Assembly (NCBI GenBank): GCA_049513715.1
Contig: JBEKVV010000002.1
Span: 64,001-128,000, forward strand
DNA: 64,000 bases
From: Candidatus Bathyarchaeia archaeon
GTDB lineage: Archaea > Thermoproteota > Bathyarchaeia > 40CM-2-53-6
Direction: 5' to 3'
The translations under genes were made by a program, and so were the position numbers. Shown here piece after piece: positions 9,818-18,607 of this stretch; the stretch's first letter is position 1, and each line of letters begins with the position of its first letter. Under the pieces are notes generated by a model, which saw nothing but the letters and a program-made list of their open reading frames with translations, ran no database searches and was not told the DNA's origin.

Positions 9818-10015
9818 TTAATCCTCTTTCCTTCTAACAGTTTTAGACGGGTCGGCGCTAATCCAGAGAACAATGGCTTCCTCGACAGCTTCCGAGATGT
9901 TGCCTTTTTTCATGCCTTTACGCTTGAAAACCTCTTCTTTGAACCGCTTTTCTCTGTCTGCTGGCAAATACACATCTATTCGAGATTTGCCTTTTGGGAC
10001 GCTTGGAGACACCAT
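9818..10015 (-). CDS. Small ribbon-helix-helix-like DNA-binding protein, divergent from the transposase
   Basis: RIDVYLP strand followed by KKGNISEAVEEAI helix. Confidence 0.6.
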   Translation of the reverse strand: MVSPSVPKGKSRIDVYLPADREKRFKEEVFKRKGMKKGNISEAVEEAIVLWISADPSKTVRRKED

Positions 10016-10123
10016 CTAGCCCTCAGAAAGCATATAGACACATTACCACTTATAACCTTTACCCCCTTACCACCAGCTTTATCTAGGAAAGAGGCGTATA
10101 GGTGTTTAAGTGGTAAACCACCA

Positions 10124-11248
10124 ATGCAAGTCCTCAGAACTCGTGAAGAAAGGGGCCGAATAATTGCCGAAAAGTCTAACCAAATTGTTCGATTGGATGA
10201 ACGGTTCTACCGTGTAACTTCTCAGTCTGGCAATGGAATGTATGATGTGACCAAGCGCAAGGTCGGTGGATGGTTATGTACTTGCCCCGACTTCGAGTTT
10301 CGTAACGTTCAATGTAAGCACGTTTGGGCTGTCCAATTCAGCCTAGCCGTAAGGAAAGAGGTCGAGGCTAGAGTCATTGAGCCAATAACAGACATACACG
10401 CTTGCCTATTCTGCAAATCCGAGAACATAATTCGCTGGGGCTTACGCCACAACAAGTACGGCGACATTCAGAAATTCTCCTGCAAATCATGTGGCAAATT
10501 CTTCACGATCAATCTAGGCTTTGAGAAGATGAAGCACAGCCCTCAAGCGATAACGACAGCCATGCAACTATACTTCTCAGGCGAAAGTCTACGGAATACG
10601 GCTAGATCGCTACGCTTGATTGGAGCGCAAGTGAGCCATCAGACAATCTACAGGTGGATAGCCAAGTACACGACATTGATGGAGAAATATCTGGACAAGA
10701 TTACGCCTCAAGTCTCGGACACTTGGGCCACAGACGAATTATTTCTGAAGATTAAGGGGAACATGAAGTATCTCTACGCTATGATGGATGAGCAAACACG
10801 GTTTTGGATAGCTCAAGAGGTTGCGGATACGAAATACACGGCTGACGTTCGACCACTATTCCAACTCGCCAAGCAAATCGCAGGCAAGCAACCAAAGACG
10901 CTCGTCTCTGACGGTGCGGCCAATTTCCATGAAGCATACCTGAAAGAGTTCCGCACAGCCAAACTTGAGAACAGAACCGAACACATACGACACATCAGAC
11001 TAGCAGGAGATTACAACAATAACAAGATGGAGCGCATGAACGGGGAAATCAGAGACCGAGAAAAAGTGATGCGGGGCTTAGAAATCAAAGACAGCCCAAT
11101 ACTCAAGGGCGTACAAATCTACCATAACTTTGTGAAGCCGCACATGGCACTAGACAACAGAACACCCGCTCAAGCAGCGGGAATAGAAGTCAAGGGCAAA
11201 GACAAATGGCTAACAATCATACAGAACGCTAGTCAAGAGAAAACCTAA
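10124..11248 (+). CDS. IS6-type DDE transposase with N-terminal SWIM Zn finger and Zn ribbon
   Basis: CTCPDF..CKH (SWIM), CLFC/CKSC ribbon, HTH, WATDE, VSDG and NNKMERMNG DDE motifs; ATG 10124 preferred over the ORF-track start 9791. Confidence 0.92.
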   Translation: MQVLRTREERGRIIAEKSNQIVRLDERFYRVTSQSGNGMYDVTKRKVGGWLCTCPDFEFRNVQCKHVWAVQFSLAVRKEVEARVIEPITDIHACLFCKSENIIRWGLRHNKYGDIQKFSCKSCGKFFTINLGFEKMKHSPQAITTAMQLYFSGESLRNTARSLRLIGAQVSHQTIYRWIAKYTTLMEKYLDKITPQVSDTWATDELFLKIKGNMKYLYAMMDEQTRFWIAQEVADTKYTADVRPLFQLAKQIAGKQPKTLVSDGAANFHEAYLKEFRTAKLENRTEHIRHIRLAGDYNNNKMERMNGEIRDREKVMRGLEIKDSPILKGVQIYHNFVKPHMALDNRTPAQAAGIEVKGKDKWLTIIQNASQEKT

Positions 11249-11279
11249 TCCCAGTTCTCGATAAACTTAGGAAGTCTTG

Positions 11280-11513
11280 TCAAGTCTTGTTCGGCGACTT
11301 GAGGAGAGCTATCCAGTCAAGCGCCCTCTTCTTCACCTCACCAACCGAGGCTTTTTCACCGATTTCGATTAACGCAGGTATAGCAGTTACACCAAATGCG
11401 GCGACAGCGTTAACTGCTGATACTCTAGCTTCATAATCTGCCCATTTCGCATACGTAGGCATAGATTGTAGAGCTACCCCCTTCAGTCTATCTATCTGCT
11501 CCTTCTCTGACAA
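11280..11513 (-). CDS. Small HEAT-repeat-like hypothetical protein, IS passenger
   Basis: ARVSAVNAVAAFGVTAIPALIE HEAT-like motif; GAGG RBS. Confidence 0.5.
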   Translation of the reverse strand: MSEKEQIDRLKGVALQSMPTYAKWADYEARVSAVNAVAAFGVTAIPALIEIGEKASVGEVKKRALDWIALLKSPNKT

Positions 11514-11748
11514 TGCTGAGCACTTCCTCTATCCCTTTTCTATATGGATGATTCATGTACCATGCCAGAAAAGCCTTTGCGTCATTTCCATCCATTTTGA
11601 GTATGATCTCGAAGAAGCCAAGCTCGTTCCGTAGATGCCTCGTCACACGCCATCTTAACCACCGATTTACAAACGCTCTACGCCACCGACCAAACGGTTT
11701 GTTACAGCCCAAAAAAATCGGTCTACCAAACTAAGACGTTACGTTACC

Positions 11749-13174
11749 ATCCCGAGAGACATGAGTGAGCCTCGGGCAAGTCGGGGTCCAGGTTGATGGC
11801 ACGATCTAGCGGTGCCTTCGCATTTGAGAGGGAACCACCGTAAGAATCCTGTCCGGATTCGGCAAGGGCCAGGTGACACTCGGCTATACCCACATACGCC
11901 CTCGCGAACTCGGAGTCCAACTCGATGGCCTTCTCGAAGAGACTTATAGCCTGCCTAAGAGAATCCTTAGTCTCCTCCCTGAAAAGTTCCCGGCCCCGCA
12001 GAAAGAATGTGTACGCTTCAGTGTTCTCGGTAGGTTTCTTCTCCAGAGTTCTCTTCTCGGAGTCCACCAGACGAACCCTGAGCTCCTCTGCCACCTTCTC
12101 AGCTATCTCCGATTGTATGGCGAAAACATCCTCCAGCTGCCTATCATAGTTCTGAGCCCACAGATGCTTATCACCTGCCACATCGATAAGCTGGGCAGTG
12201 ATCCGTATCCTATTTCCCGCTTTCCTGAAACTGCCCTCAAGAATGGAACCCACGTCCAGTTCTCTACCGATCTCGCCTAGTTTCTTCGCGGTCCCCTTGT
12301 ATCCCATTACTGATGTTCTCGAGATGACACTAAGACCACTAATCCCTGACACAATGGAGATGATCTCCTCAGTTATGCCATCCGCGAAATACTGGTCGTT
12401 TGTGTCCGGGCTCATGTTAGCGAATGGCAGGACTGCGATTCGAGTCTTCTCAAGCTCTGACTTGCTCACGCTCCTCTTCTCAGCTACGAGTCCCTCCAGC
12501 GGGAATTCTCTCTGGGACATTTCTACTCCATGAGCCCACTTGATACGGAAGAACTTCCGTTGTCGTCCCTCGACATCTCTCTCGAAGATTTCTATGCTCG
12601 CATCGAACACGTCCTCCAACGCCTGCGTCTCCTCGGCCGTGTGCATGTACGGATTGAGAACTGCGAGGGTTGTGATACCCCTTCCACGGAGTCGTTCCAA
12701 GAGTTCGTTGAGCCATTTCCTCGTTTGAAGCGCCTTATGCCTCAGCAATACGTCCGAGAGAATATCCAAGCCGAGGCGTTTCGGGTGGGTGGCGCCTAAG
12801 GCTTCGTTGATTTGAAGGTTCAAGTCGGTGAGGTTCTCGATTCCCTTACCGGGCAGGATGCCCTTTGCGGGTGAGACGGGTTTGTCGCTGCAAATCAGAC
12901 ATGCCGTGCCTTCAGCCGCATCTGGCACGATCACTTGGGCGAAGGAGAGGTTACGGCATATCAGTAAGCTAGGCTGCTCGCTCTTCAGGAACTTACCCAG
13001 CAGAATTGGCACCTCGTCGCCTGCTGGAGCGTTCAGCACAACCATGGAACCAGAAAGGAACCCCCCGTGTAGAGCCTCGTCCAGTCTACCGTAACCAGTT
13101 GAAACCTTCGTCCGAATAGAACTGACCGAGGCGCCTTCGGAGGTCACGTTAATTCGCGCACAATCACTCCCCAC
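11749..13174 (-). pseudogene. N-terminal part of an interrupted gene: degenerate KaiC/RecA-like domain, TolB-like domain and TPR (start may be 13147)
   Basis: VSTGYGRLDEALHGG KaiC-like start; RIAVLPFANMS..YFADGITEEII TolB-like motif; ends at the TSD. Confidence 0.88.
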
Positions 13175-13366
13175 AGCTATATTATCCCTGAGACTGGTTG
13201 CATCAGCCGGACATCAGCCAATCAGCACGAGCGAGCAACGATTCCATCGAGCCTTTCTTTATGAGTCATGAATACGAGACTCGATTATTCGGTAGGCCGT
13301 AGACTGAACTGTTGACTCGTGACAAGCCGTGCTCATTGTCGCATGAGCAACGTTACGTGAAGGAGT

Positions 13367-13477
13367 TGGCGCCGGGGGTGGGATTTGAACCCACGAGACT
13401 CAGAGAGTCATCGGCTTAGCAAGCCGACGCCATACCAGGCTACCAGACCAATGTTGCGGTCTCTTGGCTACCCCGGC
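13367..13477 (-). tRNA. tRNA-Ser(GCT) with a 23-nt intron at position 15/16 (13440-13462)
   Basis: Acceptor GCCGGGG/CCCCGGC plus GCCA, anticodon arm TCGGC-TTGCTAA-GCCGA, long variable arm, TTCAAAT T-loop; BHB-like intron in the D arm. Confidence 0.93.
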
Positions 13478-13775
13478 AACCATACGTGCAAATCCAATAT
13501 GGTTCCTCTAGAATAGCATGTCGGCCAATTGAGGCCTCTCACATCCACCTCCCCCACTACTTCAGAGTTTCTCACCGAATGGCGTGACTTGGTAGCGGCA
13601 ACCTGAGCCAGAAAAGATGTCTAGACTATGTCCTTCAGGAGCGGTGGTTTGATGGAGCTGTTCGTTAAATTGTGCTTGATTTGGCCCGTGTAGTGAGTAA
13701 CCCATTCGGCTAGGTGGAAGGAATCTATCTGTGGACCGCTCATAAGAAGCCCAGACGCCTTGCAGCTTAATACGA

Positions 13776-16625
13776 TTGCTTTGCATACCTGATGAACAGT
13801 CGTCAAAGAGAATTCTGGTGCATGGCAGCGTGAGAATTACAGCCTCAACAATTTGCCTTCTGACCATCGCCATAATATCCATACTCGTGGGACAAGCCGG
13901 TTCAGTGTACGCTCTTGCACCCCAAGCGGCAGTCGCCTCAGTGACTCACCCAAGTAGTGTGCCGTCTGGGTTACCGTTCGAGGTGACCGTCACCGTCGAC
14001 TATTCCGACAAGTTCCTGGCCGATGTTGGGGTATGGGATCCCGTAGCGGGGGTCATGATTAGAAGTGTAACTCTCATCAGTAGTTTCACTGGCCCCGGCA
14101 AGACCAACTTCATCTTCCAGTTGACAGCTCCGAATTCCCAACCGAAGTGGCATCTAATCGCACTGACAAGGGTATGGTGGGAAGACGCATGGTACCAAGA
14201 CCCTGAGGGCGGAACGATGCCATTCGACATCTCAGTCATATCCGCAAACACCAATGCCATCCTTACCTTATCGTCAACCGTCCCCGCCACCACTGTAAGC
14301 GTGGACGGAGTTTCTCACGCACTAAGCAACTTGCAGTCGCTAGCCTTGACACTCGCACTTGGAACTCACACATTGCAGGCCACGCAGCTAATTCCAGGAG
14401 GGGAGGGTGAACGATTCGTCTTCAATGGTTGGAGCGACGGCGTGAACTCAAACCCACGAACGTTAGCAATCGCCACTGACACTAATGTCACGGCGCTGTA
14501 CGGCACAGAATACTATCTCAAATTAACATCAAACGCAAGCCAACCCTTTGGGGAGGGTTGGTACGCACTAAGTACAGTGGCAACCTTCGGTGTCCTTGCA
14601 ACAACATATCGTCTCACAAGTTGGTCGGGGTTCCTAACATACGATTATCGCTTCACCGGCTGGATGGGAGACAGTGATTCAACCGCTAATACAGCATCAG
14701 TAGTCATGGACGGCCCGAAGTCCGTCAGCGCACGTTGGACACAGACGGGAACACAAATAGACCAACTGACCGTTGGACCGATAATCCTCTTAGCTGCGGT
14801 CCCGCTCGCAATTCGAGCTGCTTACGTTTACAGAAAGCACCAAACATCAAAGAGCCAATCGCCAGCAACACGATTCAACCCTGCAACAATGCCCGTCGCC
14901 ATCTTATGCCTCATTGTCGTAAGCTTCGCGTTCACAGTACCAGTGCACGCGCAACTCCCAGTACAGCCACATGCCACTGTCGTGAAAATCGGCGACGCTT
15001 ACTGGTACTATTGGAATCAGGCGCGGAGTGATACGTGCATCCTGTGGCTTGGGGGGGGAATTTCTCAGGAGACTTCCAGCGGCTACAACTACTACTGGGT
15101 AAACCCATTCGACTATGAGTCGTTCGGGACGATTCATTTCATTCAGGAGCTTTCTACCTATTATTGCATGATCGCCCTTGAGAAGGGTTCTTACGCTGAG
15201 GTCAACGCTGCGGCAAATCGAACGATCTACCAGGAGCTCTATCAAATTCAATCAACAATAATCGCAGACGTTCATAGCTGGATCAAGCAGCAGGGCTACG
15301 TCCACACAGTCTTGATGGGGTATTCAGTTGGAGGCCAAGCAGCCGCAATGGAAGTTGCTATCCGAGATCCAGGGAATTGGACCAACGCAGACTCAGTGGT
15401 CCTGATTACTGTCCCACTTGCGAACAGCGCAATCAACCATGCGCACAGCATCAAAACAAACCTCCTATTCCTCTTCGGAGGGAACCTGGCTGACTTCGTC
15501 GCCACAGGCCAGCAATTCTACAACAATGCACCGGCCGAAGGTTGGCAGAGTTCATCCTACTATCACAAGGAATTCTACGTCCTGCAGGAGGTTGGCCATG
15601 AGGTCTGGACCGTTCGTGACAGTGGCGAATACAGCACCACCGCTCGCAACATGGTAATCAACTTCATCGAAAAATCAAAAGCGCTTCAACTCACCCCCGA
15701 ACTAGGGTCCCTATCGGAAGCTCCTGTAGGGAACTGGAGCTTCGAGATCACGTCAGTGCGAGTGCCTCCGCGAATCGCGCCGGGAGATGTAATTCCAGTT
15801 GGTGTGGATGTGAGCCAGAGCTTTCAATCAACAGGACCCTTGACGTTGATTGTATATGACGAGTCCCATGCCGAACCATTGAGTGCCGAAAGCTTCACGC
15901 TGGGTTCGAGCGGAAAGGCAGCGGTCGACCTGGTTGTAAGCCCACGGAACTCAACAACTCGATCACTCACCATAATCCTGATGCAAGAGGTCGGTGGCCA
16001 TTGGTCGATTGCGGCGCAGCCGCGGTCCGTCACCGTAACTATCTCCGACCTGGTAACTCTCAAATTGGCATCAAATGTGCCCAACCTTACGTTCCTGATG
16101 GATGGAACCCCATACCCGGCAGATCAAACTGGCCAACTTCAGATGGAAAGCTTACGTGCCGTGCATATTTTTCAAGCCCAGCCTGTTGTTTATGATGGGA
16201 ACGTGACTAGGCTTGTTTTCACCCAGTGGGATGACTCCAATACCTCAACCCTTAGGCAGGTTAGCTTGGAGAATGATACGACGTTCACCGCCTTCTACAG
16301 AAAACAATACTACGTGACTGTCATCTCTCCTTACGGAACGCCTCTCGGGTCGGGCTGGTATGACGAAAACTCCACAGCCACGATCTTAGTTCAACCACCC
16401 ATAATTGGGCAAGAGAGTGTAGCGTTCACCCGGTGGACGGGCGACGCTACTGGTTCTCAACCCAGCCTCTCCATGTTCGTGGATTCTCCGAAAACAGTGC
16501 AGGCAGAATGGACCCACCTAAGCAATGAACCGACACAATCCAACGCTCCATTCGTGATGTGGATGATTTTCTGTGGCATGGTCTTCTTAGTTCTGTTAGC
16601 CCTAAACTTCAGGCGTCGATCCTGA
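13776..16625 (+). CDS. Large membrane-anchored surface protein with beta-repeat domains and an alpha/beta-hydrolase-like domain (start probably about 13817-13829)
   Basis: Signal-like N-terminus, F.GWSDG / GEGWY / F..W.GD repeats twice, GYSVG nucleophile motif, C-terminal TM plus RRRS. Confidence 0.75.
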   Translation: MLCIPDEQSSKRILVHGSVRITASTICLLTIAIISILVGQAGSVYALAPQAAVASVTHPSSVPSGLPFEVTVTVDYSDKFLADVGVWDPVAGVMIRSVTLISSFTGPGKTNFIFQLTAPNSQPKWHLIALTRVWWEDAWYQDPEGGTMPFDISVISANTNAILTLSSTVPATTVSVDGVSHALSNLQSLALTLALGTHTLQATQLIPGGEGERFVFNGWSDGVNSNPRTLAIATDTNVTALYGTEYYLKLTSNASQPFGEGWYALSTVATFGVLATTYRLTSWSGFLTYDYRFTGWMGDSDSTANTASVVMDGPKSVSARWTQTGTQIDQLTVGPIILLAAVPLAIRAAYVYRKHQTSKSQSPATRFNPATMPVAILCLIVVSFAFTVPVHAQLPVQPHATVVKIGDAYWYYWNQARSDTCILWLGGGISQETSSGYNYYWVNPFDYESFGTIHFIQELSTYYCMIALEKGSYAEVNAAANRTIYQELYQIQSTIIADVHSWIKQQGYVHTVLMGYSVGGQAAAMEVAIRDPGNWTNADSVVLITVPLANSAINHAHSIKTNLLFLFGGNLADFVATGQQFYNNAPAEGWQSSSYYHKEFYVLQEVGHEVWTVRDSGEYSTTARNMVINFIEKSKALQLTPELGSLSEAPVGNWSFEITSVRVPPRIAPGDVIPVGVDVSQSFQSTGPLTLIVYDESHAEPLSAESFTLGSSGKAAVDLVVSPRNSTTRSLTIILMQEVGGHWSIAAQPRSVTVTISDLVTLKLASNVPNLTFLMDGTPYPADQTGQLQMESLRAVHIFQAQPVVYDGNVTRLVFTQWDDSNTSTLRQVSLENDTTFTAFYRKQYYVTVISPYGTPLGSGWYDENSTATILVQPPIIGQESVAFTRWTGDATGSQPSLSMFVDSPKTVQAEWTHLSNEPTQSNAPFVMWMIFCGMVFLVLLALNFRRRS

Positions 16626-16641
16626 AGCGGCCTCATTCACC

Positions 16642-17313
16642 ATGAAGGTTTCTCTCTTGGTTCGGAACACGGTGCACTCAGAGATTCGGTCGCATTTCCT
16701 GTTCAAAGGCAAGCGGATGGCCGATCACCGCGCGCCTTCACCCGCTGTTCAAAAGCAGAGGGTTGCAGTGCATAGAGATGTGAGCAGAGCACTAAGGCGG
16801 TCCATCTCGGGGCTATCGCCAAGGCATGTACTGGATGTTGGCACGGGTTATGGGGCCAGTGTGGAGCTTTTGGCACGGAGGTTCGGAGGGATGGGACGGA
16901 TTTGGTCGATAGACGTTTCGGCAGAGGTCATTCGATCCGTGCGAGAGATGCTGAAGAGCAAAGGATTGGGAGAGAGCGTCTTCCTGAAGAAAGGCAAAGC
17001 GGAGCAGATGCCTTTTCGTGCTGGGCGCTTTGACTTGGTTGTCTCTCTGCTCTCACTACATCATTTCTCCAACCCCCTGGAAGCCCTGCGCGAAATGGCA
17101 CGCGTCACCTCACATGGTGGGAAAGTAATTGTAGCGGATTGGAAGCCGACCAAGTCGCCGGTGACACCACACTCGGCCAAAGACATCCCTTCCCCCACAT
17201 TTGTCGAACGAAAACTCAGACTGCTAGGATGGTCTACGACTCTGAAGGAAGGCCGATACTGGTATCTAGTCGAGGCCTCCAAAGGGCAATCGAAGCCCCT
17301 GCAAAATCGCTGA
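16642..17313 (+). CDS. Class I SAM-dependent methyltransferase
   Basis: VLDVGTGYG, FDLVVS, LHHF motifs. Confidence 0.88.
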   Translation: MKVSLLVRNTVHSEIRSHFLFKGKRMADHRAPSPAVQKQRVAVHRDVSRALRRSISGLSPRHVLDVGTGYGASVELLARRFGGMGRIWSIDVSAEVIRSVREMLKSKGLGESVFLKKGKAEQMPFRAGRFDLVVSLLSLHHFSNPLEALREMARVTSHGGKVIVADWKPTKSPVTPHSAKDIPSPTFVERKLRLLGWSTTLKEGRYWYLVEASKGQSKPLQNR

Positions 17314-17320
17314 TTCCACA

Positions 17321-17788
17321 TTGGCCCAGATAACCCGAGTGCAATCAGATGCGCAGCTCAGCGACATCAGGACCCTATTCTCCGAGTACGCTGCATCGCT
17401 CGGCTTCGACCTTTCCTTTCAAGACTTCCAGGAAGAGCTGAAAGGGCTTCCGGGGGATTATAGCCCACCCACCGGGTGCTTGCTCCTTGCTGTGGACGAG
17501 GGGAGGATGGCTGGATGCTGCGCATTGAGGAAGCTATCAAACATTACGTGCGAAATGAAACGGCTCTATGTTCGCCCAGAATTTCGGAGCAGAGGAATCG
17601 GTAAAGCATTGGCGGAAGCGATAATCGATGAAGCGCGCAAGAGAGGATACGGGAGAATGCGGCTGGATACAGTACCGTCGATGAAGGAGGCGGTCGAGCT
17701 CTATCGGGCGATGGGCTTCAAAGAAATCTCGCCTTACCGGTTCAATCCAATACAGGGCGCTCTCTTCATGGAGCTGGTCTTAGTCTGA
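17321..17788 (+). CDS. GNAT N-acetyltransferase
   Basis: EMKRLYVRPEFRSRGIG motif A. Confidence 0.92.
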   Translation: MAQITRVQSDAQLSDIRTLFSEYAASLGFDLSFQDFQEELKGLPGDYSPPTGCLLLAVDEGRMAGCCALRKLSNITCEMKRLYVRPEFRSRGIGKALAEAIIDEARKRGYGRMRLDTVPSMKEAVELYRAMGFKEISPYRFNPIQGALFMELVLV

Positions 17789-17897
17789 TGCCAGTCAAAC
17801 CTTGCGCGGAAGCCTTCAGACAGTAAAAGTTCAAAACGCAACAAGCCTATAGAAAGCTTAGTAGAGTTAAGACGAGTTCTGGAGAATTGGCTGGCAG

Positions 17898-18173
17898 TTG
17901 AAGAAGCGCTCCCGTGTGGACATTTACGCAGATATTCTGGAGGTTCTGAAGCGTCGCCCAGAGGGCTCTCTCGTCACCAGAATTTCCTACGGGGCAGGCC
18001 TTCCTGTCGATAGGGTGAAGCCGATGCTTGAAACCCTCGCCAACTATGGGCTTCTTTCTGTCCGTTTAGCGGGCGAGAGCCGGTTCTTCCATGTCACGCG
18101 GCGTGGGTTGGAATTCCTTGGCGCATACAGAAAGGTCCAGGGGTTCATGACATTTCTCGGAACCGACCAATAA
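17898..18173 (+). CDS. Archaeal winged-helix transcriptional regulator
   Basis: RSRVDIYADIL...TRISYGA...VTRRGLEFL pattern. Confidence 0.8.
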   Translation: MKKRSRVDIYADILEVLKRRPEGSLVTRISYGAGLPVDRVKPMLETLANYGLLSVRLAGESRFFHVTRRGLEFLGAYRKVQGFMTFLGTDQ

Positions 18174-18607
18174 TTCTGGCGTAAACGTTGTCCGAAATAC
18201 GATGATGGGATACAAAACTACCCTACTGCCCCCCACCCCACACCTAACAATAATAGAAAGAAAAACAGCGCTAAGTTACCCCCCAGGTAGTACACACATT
18301 TTGTGACCACCGTCTGTCATTACGCGACGTGCTCTGCTCTTTAATTGGGCCAGAGCGAACCCATCATCAGATGAAATGGAAATGTTCCGAGAAAGAGTAT
18401 TCGAATTGACCCAAAACTTCGCCATCTTCGCAAGCGCATGGAGCGAGATCAAGCTAGTAGCCAAAGCAAGGGGCGGAGCGCCCTTCGTACCGCCGAGCCA
18501 CAGGAGATTCAGCATTAACTCCTACCGTGCTGAAATGAATCAGAAGCTGGGTAGAGGATATATCCAGCCCATGGCGAACAATCGCTAGAATCAGCGAGCA
18601 GAGAAAC

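Larger units (their letters stand above)
9001..11748 (+). mobile_element. IS6-family-like transposon with passenger genes (2748 bp)
   Basis: TIRs GGTAACGTCACTTCTGCGTTTGGT / GGTAACGTAACGTCTTAGTTTGGT (20/24); 8-bp TSD ATCCCGAG at 8993-9000 and 11749-11756; DDE transposase inside. Confidence 0.93.

Noticed and set aside
9791..10123. 111-aa N-terminal extension of the transposase ORF
   Set aside because: Overlaps an opposite-strand RHH-like gene and its promoter; transposase-like sequence starts at ATG 10124
11488..11712. 74-aa ORF at the IS right end
   Set aside because: Begins inside the subterminal repeat and has no recognisable motif; cannot be supported
18175..18600. Intergenic region as ncRNA or small ORFs (18376-18588, 18276-18515)
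   Set aside because: No RNase P, SRP or riboswitch motifs recognised; the ORFs lack features
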